Shown here: positions 21,880-33,800 of the stretch, in pieces
Position numbering within the stretch: position 1 is the stretch's first letter
Layout of the letters: every line of letters begins with the position of its first letter
Origin: Macrostomum hystrix
Lineage: Eukaryota; Animalia; Platyhelminthes
Assembly (NCBI GenBank): GCA_950097015.1
Contig: CATNEN010000001.1
Location: forward strand, 14,694,001-14,758,000
Direction of reading: 5' to 3'
DNA length: 64,000 nucleotides
Made by a program: the position numbers and the translations under genes
Notes under the pieces: model-generated
Seen by the model: the letters and a program-made list of their open reading frames with translations, nothing else
Told to the model about the DNA's origin: nothing
Database searches by the model: none

Positions 21880-22731
21880 CAGAGTCAAACCATTTACTAT
21901 GGCAAATTCGGAGCTTCTCCGTTCGCGACTGTGGATGAGTTGCGTCGTGCGTACCGGCGGGAGAGTCTGCGCCGACACCCGGACAAGTGCGGACCGCAGG
22001 GCACTGAGAGTTTCCAGAAACTGCAGCATGCGAGTGCTATTTTGCTATGTCCATTTCGGCGAGCGCTATACGACCGGTTCGGCCGGGAGGCGGTCTCGGA
22101 CCCGATGAAGTGTGCGAAATACTTTGTTCCTCCGTACGGGATGCAGGTCCCAGAAGATTTCGTCATCAATGTCGACTCACAGTCTGTGAGTTCTAACGAG
22201 GATGGCGAAGGCTTCTCGGAGGACCGGAGCAGCCAGCTCGATGAAGATTTGCCAGACTACGAGGCCAGGGGCACCTATGACTGGACGCAGCCGGAAGACA
22301 GCGAGCTCGATGAAGATTTGCCAGACTACGAGGCCAGGCGCACCTATGACTGGACGCAGTCGGAAGAGGACGAACTCCTAGACGACTCGACGGAGGACGC
22401 TGAGATGGTACACGACGAGCCACCGGGAACATCTGAAGTCGGACCGGCAGTGGTTTCCGCTGTGGCCTGCGCGACTGACTCCAGCAGGTCGGAAGAAGAG
22501 CCTTGGGTTGGCGATGCAGCTCGGGAGAGGTTGCACTTAAGAAAGCGAACCCAGCGCAACATCCTACAAGGAAGTTCAGCCGCCACATTCCGCACGCTGG
22601 TAAAAATAGCCGCGCTGTGCCACTTGGAACGGCGGGATTTCACATTTCACATTTTTCATTGTGATGTGGAGTGTGCTGCGGGAATCGAGTGGGAATGTGA
22701 GCCAGCAAAATTTTTCAAATTTTTTAAGTAG
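21880..22731 (+). CDS. J-domain (DnaJ/Hsp40) protein or pseudogene with acidic tandem repeats. The 5' end is unresolved and the 3' end reads into the LTR.
   Basis: YYGKFGASPFATVDELRRAYRRESLRRHPDKCG...FQKLQHA.AIL....RRALYDRFG is a J-domain with HPD, followed by a duplicated LDEDLPDYEAR.TYDWTQ.E. No in-frame ATG lies before the domain; a possible acceptor is at 21882. Confidence 0.7.
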   Translation, partial: QSQTIYYGKFGASPFATVDELRRAYRRESLRRHPDKCGPQGTESFQKLQHASAILLCPFRRALYDRFGREAVSDPMKCAKYFVPPYGMQVPEDFVINVDSQSVSSNEDGEGFSEDRSSQLDEDLPDYEARGTYDWTQPEDSELDEDLPDYEARRTYDWTQSEEDELLDDSTEDAEMVHDEPPGTSEVGPAVVSAVACATDSSRSEEEPWVGDAARERLHLRKRTQRNILQGSSAATFRTLVKIAALCHLERRDFTFHIFHCDVECAAGIEWECEPAKFFKFFK

Positions 22732-25031
22732 CCAATAATTGCGACCCACACCGCAGCTGGTCACAAACAAGATCATTAATCTTAGGGCCGGGTTTGGGGC
22801 GGCGGTGAATTAAGTAGCTGCCGAATCCACTTTCTCCGGAGTTGTCTAGACCCCTGTAGAAATGACTGATCGCGGCCATAACTTTTATTGTATGAGTAGT
22901 TTAGGTCATAATTCCCCTCCAACCCGCGATCAGATATAGGGGATCACTCGGGCGTTATGAGTGATCATTAATTCTTCATGTCCTCTTTTCTTTACAGTAT
23001 TCGAGCCCAGCTCGACTTTATGACCTTCTCCCTTTTAGATACATGTAAATGCACTGTAGGCAGGTCGGCGCCTGCGCTTCCCATTGTCCCGGCGGAATAA
23101 CAATCGCTGGCCGACTGCCGACGGCTGTTCGCGCAGAACATCTGTCGTTTCCCGCCGCCGGTTCATTGGGCAATTGGGGCGGCCTATCGCCGCTTCGATT
23201 CCCCGTTGACAGGCTGGCGCGAATGCGGGTTGTTTTGATGGATGTCGGAGTTGGCGTGCTGCAGGACTATTTAAGCAAGCGCGCTGCGCTGCTCCCTCTC
23301 GGACCCTTCGGAACCGGACCCTCCACCTTCGCCGGACCTCTTTTTTCCGGACCTCCGGACCTCCCTTTTCCCCGCCGGAACTACTTTTGCCGGGCCGGAC
23401 TCCCACCGGACCCCGGACTCATATTCCGGACCCACGTAGGGCTTAGACCCTTGAGCCCCGAGCTCTGCTCAGCTATCACAGGCCCATTGCCTGCTCCCAA
23501 TCCCCTAAGCGCAAGCCACCTCGTTAGGTGAGCACTAAATTGAGCCTCTGAGCTCCTAGTGTGTTGGCCCCTGCCAATTCGCAATCGTTTTCCCTTCTCT
23601 GCCTTTGCTGTTTTGCCCTACCTTCCCCCGAGAACGACGGGACTGCAGCACGCGGCCAAGCGACTTCAGATAAGTAACCCGCGCAGCGGCTTGTGATTAT
23701 TACTCCTAAGGGACTAGTACTTTTAGTTAGGCGGCCAATTAGTGGGAGGGAAAACTTAGGATTGGTGGCTTAATACACAGACAATCTACTTGTCAATCAC
23801 TTAATTATTAGGCCAATTTTAATAACAATAAATCCATTCATTATGCCGTTCTCTTACCTTTATTTTATCTTTAGACAGCCCTCGATCATGAGTGGCTAAC
23901 TCATTAGGGGGTGGGCTCTGGTGAGGCCGAGCTGAAGGCTACGGCAGGAAGGCAACTGTAAGCGCGCATGCGAGTAATAAGGAGCTAGGGATTTGCGAGT
24001 AAAATGCGGAGTGTAGCATGTGTTTCTCTGCTAGGGGTGGGGAATTCCTTGGCGGGTTTTTCCTCTCTTCCTGGCGGATCAAGGAGTACGTGTCAAACTC
24101 CCATGCCAATTGAGTTTCCCTTCTGTTCCCCGCCTTTCGCAACTGCCGCCACGGAAGCGAGGGTGATGATCAATTAATCTTTCGCTTGCATAATCACTCA
24201 GCCAGTGTTCTGCTTAATCTCTCCAGTCTCTGATTTCTTCAACTCACACAGACTCGGATTTGCTAGTTACTTAATGTGTAGGCTGCAGTCTAATGTACAG
24301 AATGTGTCTAATGTCTCATGAGTAGGATTCTGGCTACGGATTCTCGTTCAAGTTCTTAGTACCACCTTTCTAGACCCCTGTAGCGCGAATTCAGGAATCC
24401 CCTGTTGAGGCGTGTCTCGATTCATTCTGGGGCTCTCGCCCCAGTCTAGAACGGAAGTTGCAGAATGCCCATTTTTCGGCTTGTCTAGATCTGTGTGATA
24501 AACTGGGAGCTGTGTACTCCGGGGACCCAAGTCCCCAAATATCTGCGGTGGCGACGTAGGCGCATTGGGTGGTGGCGCTACCCTAGATCATCTTTTCCGC
24601 TTTGCCGATAGCCTTTCCGCATTTCTATGACAAGAGCCTAGGCCGAGTCGACCACTGCTACCAAGGTTAGGAGTCAGTTATTTACATGCTACTGACGACA
24701 GTAGGCTCTCTAGCCCTGTCCTATCTGCTTTCGGGTAGTCCGACACCTCCTTAGACTTTCAGCCGGTTTCGAGCATTGCCTGGGGTAGGCACGGCAGTCA
24801 TGCCGGTGGCCTATGGGACGAGTGGGACTGGCCAGCCTGAGGCCAATAGGACCACTCCCTGCATCCATTGTACCTCCTCGTCTCTCCCTTCATCCCTCCC
24901 TTCATCTCATCCCTCTTCTTGCGACAACTCGCGAGCAGCAGCGCGATCGACCTCCGACTCTATCGCCGTTCTCCACACTCCTACCTTTCACGAGGGCGGT
25001 CATTGGCTTGCAAAAAGACCCGACCATTACA
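22662..25031 (-). mobile_element. Solo LTR of the same family, inverted, 2370 bp with extra internal segments
   Basis: The minus strand reads TGTAATGG...CCACATCA, with a 4-bp TSD ATTG (22658-22661, 25032-25035). Confidence 0.88.
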
Positions 25032-26191
25032 ATTGACAATTTTTCATTGTTATTGACAATGATCATTGCTATCGTGCTTTTTTATGGCGCTTCGGTCTTT
25101 TTTGAGGGTAAGGGTGTTGTGAGCTGCGTCTCACAATGACCTTGCTCCGACCCCTGCGTCTCTAACCCTTCCACCCCGGCCACCTGCTCAATCCAGTTCT
25201 GCCCGGCTCCGGCTTAGGCCAGCCTCCTTTATCGTTGTTTGTCGCTCGCCCATTGGCTGCCCCCTGCGCTGTCTTCGCTAGTCCAATCAGGACTCTCGTC
25301 TGGCCAGGCCGCCTGGCTGTCAGCTTAAAGCTGTTGCTGTTGCGGGACGCTGCAATCGCAGCGCACTAGTGTCTTCGTCACCAGGGTTTGCGCTTCAAGA
25401 GAAGCTGGCGGAAGCATAGGAATCTGTGCTAGTTATGTGCCTAAAATTGATGGACATTTTTACGTGCACGTGCACCACATGTACGTTTAATATGATTAAT
25501 AAGAACTCTAGCAGTCAAAGTTAATTTTTTTAGCTCATGTAGAGTATAGCCAATTGTTTGGTCCTAGAGAATGTGATTATTGAGAGCGGAAGTACTTGCC
25601 AAGCTGATAAATATGAGCTTGGCATTTAGCATTGAGCATGAGCTTGTCATATGAGAATTTTGCGTTATTGACCAGTAAAAGAATAGTAAATTCTTTTTAA
25701 CTTGGCTATCACTATTTGCAGCATCAGAGAGGCCGCCACGTTATCCAGTGCCGTCTAAATTGCTATCCGATAACTGTAGCAGCAAATGGTGATGTTTCAG
25801 CTTATATTTTATTGCCCATGCATTGATCGTTGCTGGAGTATGGGAATGCAGATGGACTGTGCAGCTATCAGAGCTGACCGCAATTCGAATTAATGATTTA
25901 GTGGCATGTAGTCCACATCATCCCCTACCCGATTTCAACGATTCTGATCATTTTGAAAATAGCGCAAAATTATCGCTGGAACTTCCGCTGCTGCTGGGGC
26001 TTGACGGGTCAGTTTTGGATACTGGACCGTGTGTACACTGAATGCCTATAAAATGCCTTTGACAGTCAGTTTTGTTGGCGCTTAAAAGCTCCAAGTAACT
26101 CTATGTAGGACATTTCAAACTGAACTATATTTTTGCTTAACTGGCCAAAAAGCCAAGACAGAATTTTGACGGCCGATCTCAATTCTCAATT

Positions 26192-27873
26192 ATGACGGAC
26201 GTCGCTTTCGATGACGTCACTATGAGCTGGCTGGCAGCGGCCTACGCTGGTGACTTGACACGGTTGCGTGAGCTGCACCACACCCACCGCCTGCACCTAG
26301 ATGCGAGGGCTAACTTTGAACAGGTTTGAATGCAAGCATTTCTATTTTTGTGAAGAAAAATGCTTTATGGTTTAAGGTATGCGACGGCTGTGGGCAATGG
26401 CACATCATTTGGTGACACTAGACCCGCACCCAGCGAGTAGGCAATTCTCTGAATTCCACTGACTCCACTCGCACACACATACTGTACGCAGGTATACACC
26501 ACACCACATAGACTTTCTCATCATCAGCCAGTGTACACTCTCACTGTGCCTTTAAGGTTGGCCCTCAATGGCGTAGATTGTGCGACAACCAATGTACCCA
26601 AGCTTTTTTTCCGCGGCTGCGCCCCAAATAAATGTGGCCTCAACGTGAAATCGAGCTCAGGGACCTTGGTGCAAGCGCTTTGTAAAAAAGTTAAGACCGC
26701 CTTAGTAATTGTAATTGTAAATTGTAATTGGGCCTTAGTTTGCTCGGGGTAGCGAAATGGGCATAGAGATTCTGCTTAGGGATTACGATCAGCAAGATTA
26801 TCCCTAGTTCTAGCTCGTATATTTATCAACTCACAAATTTTTAATGCCAGTAATACGTGCGTAATGCAAGTAAACACTCGTTATTGATTGAAACATTGTA
26901 AGGCCGAGATGCAGTCAGCTACAGCCCTGCTTCTAGCTGTGTCCGCAAATCGCTATCACTGCACTCGCTGGCTGCTGTCTGTTGGAGCTGACCATCAGGC
27001 GGCCTTGCCAGACGGTCGCACGCCACTTCATCTGGCTTGCCAATTCGGCTGGCCTCTGGTCACGGCTGCCTTGGTCGAGGCCGGCTGTGAGGTTGACGCA
27101 GCGGATGCTGTAAGGTTCTCACTTTTAATTGCCAGATTATGTTCCTGTCCGAGATTCTAATTAAAAAACTCAGCACAGAATTGAAGAAAAGCGGTCACTA
27201 GTCTAGATTTCCAGAAATTAATTCGATGGCGATTGAAAAAATAACTAAATCCTAAAAATCACCAGTGGCGGCTTTCAAATCCCGAATGGCGACCCATAAA
27301 TCCCAAATAGTGACACCAAATACCCTGTGGCGGCCCTAAAAACCCCTTGGTGGCCAGAGTGGCGGCCTCAAATCCTCAGTGGCGGAGTCGAATCCTCAGT
27401 GGCGGCGTCAAATCCACAGTGGCGGAGTCAAATCCTCAGTGGCGGAGTCAAATCCACAGTGGCGGCCTCAAATCCCAAGGGGCGGCCTCAAATCCTCAGT
27501 GGCGGCGTCAAATCCACAGTGGCGGAGTCAAATCCACAGTGGCGGCCTCAAATCCCAAGGGGCGGCCTCAAATCTACAGTGGTGGCCTCAAATCCCAAGG
27601 GGCGGTCTCAAATCTACAGTGGCGACCCTCAAATCCCCAGTGGTGGCCACCGAATCCTTGATCCTTGCCGACTTTATTAGTACTCCTACTTCATTTAATA
27701 CAATTGTCACTGCAAAGTTCCCAGATTTTACTAATTTTGTCCCTTGCTATGGCTGTGCTAACTCTGCTGCGAACTGGAACTTGCAGCTTGGCCGCCAACC
27801 TCTGCACTTAACGACCTGCCCTGAGTGCATCTTGCTGTTGCTCAAAGCTGGTGCTGTGATCCAGCCAGCTCAC
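26192..27873 (+). CDS. Ankyrin-repeat exons (about 4 repeats), probable first three exons of the TRPM gene
   Basis: WLAAAYAGDLTRLREL; TALLLAVSANRYHCTRWLLSVGAD; GRTPLHLACQFGWPLVTAALVEAGCEVD; GRQPLHL...ECILLLLKAGA. All three exons are phase 0. Confidence 0.85.
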
Positions 27874-30800
27874 GTGAGAATTTGTTTGATTCACTACTTC
27901 TCCACGACTGATATTCTCTCACTCTACTCCAACCTTTCAGCTCTCATTCACATATTTTATCTCCGCTCTTGACCAAGTAAATGTACATATTCACACTCCA
28001 CTCCTCTCCCCATCTTCTCTCTCCTCTCCACATCTCACTTATCTCCCCACCTTCTCACTCCTCTCCCCACCTTCTCACTCATCTCCCATCTTCTCACTCC
28101 TCTCCCCACCTTCTCACTTATCTCCCCACCTTCTCACTCCTCTCCACATCTTCTCACTCATCTCCCATCTTCTCACTCCTCTCCACATCTGCTCTCTCCT
28201 CTTCCCATCTTCTCACTCCTCTCCCCATCTTCTCACTCATCTCCCCACCTTCTCACTCATCTCCCCACCTTCTCACTCATCTCCCCACCTTCTCACTCAT
28301 CTCCCCACCTTCTCACTCATCTCCCCACCTTCTCACTCATCTCCCCACCTTCTCACTCATCTCCACATCTTCTCACTCCTCTCCAAATGTGCTCTCTCCT
28401 CTTCGCATCTTCTCACTCATCTCCATATCTTCTCACTCATCTCCATGTCTTCTCACTCATCTCCATATCTTCTCACTTCTCTTTAAATTTTCTCTCCTCT
28501 CCCACTAACTGACTTCCGTGCCTCAGCATTCGCCTATTAAAATAGACTTCAATAAACAATTCAGAGCGTCAGTCAAGACAAGAGCAAAGATGCTACCTCG
28601 CAGCAGCCGAGCAACTCAGGCCTTTTGAACCGCTTCAAGCACGTGAGCACTGTTGTCCTACCTCGGTTTTGAGATTACTCACTAAAGAAAATAAATGCGT
28701 ACCTCGCCCCTCACTGACTAAGAACTTGACTATCGGTGTCTACCACTGACACTCACTCACACACTCACATACTGCACACAATAGTCATTAGCGTCTTCTT
28801 AGTGAAGACAATAAAATTTACTAAACCGAAATAGATCCCCACTGCCAGTTTGGAACGGGGGGTAGAGACTCCCATTGGTGATTAAGCCAAGCGTTCGCAA
28901 AGAAATGTCCGTTAAGGCTGAATAGCTACTTGTTGGCTAAAATATCTCTGCTAAACCCCATTCCCCTGTCCCCAGATCCTCGACCCCTTCTCTCACTAGA
29001 AAAGGCTGCCGCTGCTGTTGCTGCGCAGGAGTTGGGGCCACCCGGCACTCGCTGCATTGTAAAACCTGCGAGACTCGTGGCCTTTGAGAGACACAATAGC
29101 TTAACCAGGACATTGGAGTCTTAATATGCCTGACGCACAACAATTACCCAGTGTTTACTGACAGATCTATTCGAAATCTACTAGCGACATCAGATATTAT
29201 TAGCCAACTGAAATTCTATCCCGCAGGACCGCGATCATTCTTGGTATCCACTGAATCTTAGCAGGCGCCAGTGCGTGCAGTTTCGTCCATCGCGGTGAGT
29301 TTTTTGAGTTCACATTATTTTTTAATACTCAGTACCACCGAAGGCCACTGCCCGCAGCCTTCGTTATATTTTTTGTTAGGGGGCTGCGGGCAATGTCACA
29401 CCATTTGGTGACACTAGACCCGCAGCCAGTGAGGAGGCAATTCTGCCCACTCCGCTGACTCCTGAGCACACACGCACACAGGTGTGTACATCTGCCTTGA
29501 CTTTCTCATCATCAGACAGTGTACACTCTCATTTTGCCTTTGAGGTTGGCCCTCAAATTGCACGACAAGCCCCCAAGCCTTCTCTCCGCAGCTGCGCCAC
29601 AAATGAATGTGGCCTCGCCGCGGAATCGAGCTCAGGGACGCGTCAGTCCACAGACTGAGCGCCAGCTGTTGCACTTATAATCCTGTAACATGGCCCGCCA
29701 TGCCCATTGAATCTCTAGCTCCAATCCATCGATCTGCACCTGCGGCGGTGCCACTGACTGTCATCCAAGCGACAGCGGCATGCTGACCGCAGCTTCAACG
29801 CCTGACAACTCCGCTTCAGGCGATGGCAGCGGCGGTGGCGGCGGGCGCATTGGTAGTATCAGACGCAAACTGTCTATGCAGAAGTCGCAGCCTCAGCAGC
29901 AGCAGCAAGCAGATGTGCCAGTCACTGCGGAGCATCCAGCTGAAGCCCTGCCAACCAACGCCTTTGGAGAGATCGAATTCTCTGGCATGAAGCAACTGGC
30001 TAAGGTTGGGCACTGATAGGCCGTCATGCCACTGTTCAGATAAATTCACTCTACAGTCTCTACCTCTCTCAACCTTATCTGTATCGCTTATTACCCTATC
30101 TGTCTCTCTCATTACCCTATCTGTCTCTCTCATTACCCTGTCTGTCTCTCTCATTACCCTATCTGTCTCTCTCATTACCCTATCTGTCTCTCTCATTACC
30201 CTATCTGTCTCTCTCATTACCCTATCTGTCTCTCTCATTACCCTATCTGTCTCTCTCATTACCCTATCTGTCTCTCTCATTACCCTATCTGTCTCTCTCA
30301 TTACCCTATCTCTCTCTCTCATTACCCTATCTGTCTCTCTCATTACCCTATCTGTCTCTCTCATTACCATATCTGTCTCTCTCATTACCCTATCTGTCTC
30401 TCTCATTACCATATCTGTCTCTCTCATTACCCTATCTGTCTCTCTCATTACCCTATCTGTCTCTCTCATTACCCTGTCTGTCTCTCTCATTACCATATCT
30501 GTCTCTCTCATTACCCTATCTGTCTCTCTCATTACCATATCTGTCTCTCTCATTACCCTGTCTGTCTCTCTCATTACCCTATCTGTCTCTCTCATTACCC
30601 TATCTGTCTCTCTCATTACCCTATCTGTCTCTCTCATTACCCTATCTGTCTCTCTCATTACCCTATCTGTCTCTCTCATTACCCTATCTGTCTCTCTCAT
30701 TACCCTATCTGTCTCTCTCATTACCCTATCTGTCTCTCTCATTACCCTATCTGTCTCTCTCATTACCCTATCTGTCTCTTTCATTACCCTATCTGTCTCT

Positions 30801-33800
30801 CTCATTACCCTATCTGTCTCTTTCATTACCCTATTTGTCTCTCTCATTACCCTATCTGTCTCTCTCATTACCGTTAGTTTGTTCGCCTGGACTCAAACAC
30901 GCCGGACTCAGCAATTTACGAGCTGCTGGTGAAGAAGTGGGAGATGAGCAGGCCTACTCTAGTAATTAATATCTTCGGCGGTGACTTTGAAAAGAAGCGA
31001 CAGCTAAAGATGATATTCAAGAAGGGGTTGTGGAAAGCCGCTGAGAGTGCCGGTGAGTCTCAAATTACTCAAAGTGTGCTCAAATCTAGTTAATAGCATT
31101 ATGCTGCTTCTAGCAGTGCCTAGGTATTTATTAAATATTTGTTCGCTTGTGTTTTAAAGGCCGCGATAGGTCAAATTCTCAAGGAGGTAAGGAACGCGCC
31201 AATTCAAACTAGTTTTTTTGCTTTTTTATATTTTAAACAAACTATAAAAAACATTAAACAACATCTTGGCATGTGGGTTAAGAATACGCTGAACTTTCTG
31301 AAAACATGTTTATCAGCGACATCTTGCATCTCGCTCGATAATTACATTCGTTACAATTTGAATGACGGGGTACGTCTGAAGGTTATTAAATAACCTGCTA
31401 AAAATGCTAAATTTATGTTTAAAATTTTAATTGTGTATAAGCGCTATGCCATTAATTTTAACATGGTAGTAACTCTAAATGATGCGCATTTCCTGACTGT
31501 CTTGATAGATGGTTTTAAAAAACTGCATCTAACAGGTGAACTAAAATATCTAAGACATAAGCTTCAGTATCTAACAGATAAACTACAGTATCTAACAGGT
31601 ATACTACAGTATCTAACAGGTAAACTACAGTATCTAACAGGTAAACTACAGCATCTAACAGGTATACTACAGTATCTAACAGGTATACTACAGTATCTAA
31701 CAGGTGAACTAAAATATCTAAGACATAAGCTTCAGTATCTAACAGGTAAACTACAGAATCTAACAGGTATACTACAGTATCTAACAGGTATACTACAGTA
31801 TCTAACAGGTGAACTAAAATATCTAAGACATAAGCTTCAGTATCTAACAGGTAAACTACAGAATCTAACAGGTATACTACAGTATCTAACAGGTATACTA
31901 CAGTATCTAACAGATATACTACAGAATATAACAGGTATACTACAGTATCTAACAGGTATACTACAGAATATAACAGGTATACTACAGTATCTAACAGGTA
32001 TACTACAGTATCTAACAGGTATACTACAGAATATAACAGGTATACTACAGTATCTAACAGGTATACTACAGTATCTAACAGGTATACTACAGTATCTAAC
32101 AGGTATACTACAGTATCTAACAGGTATACTACAGTATCTAACAGGTATACTACAGTATCTAACAGGTATACTACAGTATCTAACAGATATACTACAGAAT
32201 ATAACAGGTATACTACAGTATCTAACAGGTAAACTACAGAATCTAACAGGTATACTACAGTATCTAACAGGTATACTACAGTATCTAACAGATATACTAC
32301 AGAATATAACAGGTATACTACAGTATCTAACAGGTATACTACAGAATATAACAGGTATACTACAGTATCTAACAGGTATACTACAGTATCTAACAGGTAT
32401 ACTACAGAATATAACAGGTATACTACAGTATCTAACAGGTATACTACAGTATCTAACAGGTATACTACAGTATCTAACAGGTATACTACAGTATCTAACA
32501 GGTATACTACAGTATCTAACAGATATACTACAGAATATAACAGGTATACTACAGTATCTAACAGGTATACTACAGAATATAACAGGTATACTACAGTATC
32601 TAACAGGTATACTACAGTATCTAACAGGTATACTACAGAATATAACAGGTATACTACAGTATCTAACAGGTATACTACAGTATCTAACAGGTATACTACA
32701 GTATCTAACAGGTATACTACAGTATCTAACAGGTATACTACAGTATCTAACAGGTATACTACAGTATCTAACAGGTATACTACAGTATCTAACAGGTATA
32801 CTACAGTATCTAACAGGTATACTACAGTATCTAACAGGTATACTACAGAATCTAACAGATATACTACAGTATCTAACAGGTATACTACAGTATCTAACAG
32901 GTATACTACAGTATCTAACAGGTATACTACAGTATCTAACAGGTATACTACAGTATCTAACAGGTATACTACAGTATCTAACAGGTATACTACAGTATCT
33001 AACAGGTATACTACAGTATCTAACAGGTATACTACAGTATCTAACAGGTATACTACCTGCCCTGCAGGTTGCTGGATCGTCACAAGCGGCTTCAACTTGG
33101 GCATAATGAAGCTGGCAGGTGAGGCAGTGCGGGATTACACGGACGCCTACGGCGGCAACCACATGAACGCTATCGGCATCGCTAGCTGGGGCTGCATCGC
33201 TAGGCGAGAGGCGCTGGAGAATCACAATTATGAGGTCTGTTTGGGGTCTTGCCTAAAACTGCTCAAAATCTTCCCAGATTCCAAAACGGAGTTCCCTAAA
33301 ACTTGAAATCCCATTCCCAGGGCTCCTTCCCGGCCTCCTACCAGTCAGAGGATTCTGGCGGTCGCACGCAGGATTCCCACCGAGCTGCCGCTGGCGGAGC
33401 CGACGAGGAGGAATGGCCGCTGGACCCGAATCACACCCACTTCTTCCTGGTGGACACTGGCGTCAGCCGGCTGAAGGGCCGCGACTGCCAGTTCCGCACC
33501 CGCTTCGCCCACGTCATCGGCTCCTGGCGCGACGAGGAGAACCGGGAGGTGAAGGTGCCGATGTGCGGCCTGCTCATCGGAGGCGATCGGTTCAGCCTTG
33601 AGCAGATCTACTATGCGCTCACCGTCAACCACTGCCCGATCATGGCGATGAAGGTTGGCGGGTCGACACCGCTTTGATGAGTCAAGATAGGTCATAAAAT
33701 GTCTAGATGGGTCATGATGAGTCAAACTACAGTATAACAAGATGAGCCTAGGTGTTCATAGTGAGTCAAGATGGGTCATAGTGAGTCAAGATGGGTCATA

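Noticed and set aside
21931-22100. Polyomavirus large-T-like J-domain (HPDKCG resembling HPDKGG)
   Set aside because: No LxCxE, origin-binding or SF3 helicase sequence follows, and RRALYDRFG is typical of cellular DnaJ proteins.
19931-23584. Similar ORFs (19975-20265 minus and 23049-23531 plus) taken as a conserved gene
   Set aside because: They are the same GC-rich LTR segment in two copies, with frames not conserved between them and no recognisable domain.
18607-25031. A single giant TIR transposon (Polinton/foldback/Ginger) carrying a DnaJ cargo gene
   Set aside because: The outer flanks do not match (CTAT versus ATTG), while each arm has its own TSD and TG...CA ends, so these are two separate insertions.
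29816-33225. Long ORFs of 308-563 aa (RETDRVM, ILQYLTG, LLDTVVY repeats)
   Set aside because: They are translations of 21-bp intronic minisatellites, open in several frames and lying between real TRPM exons.
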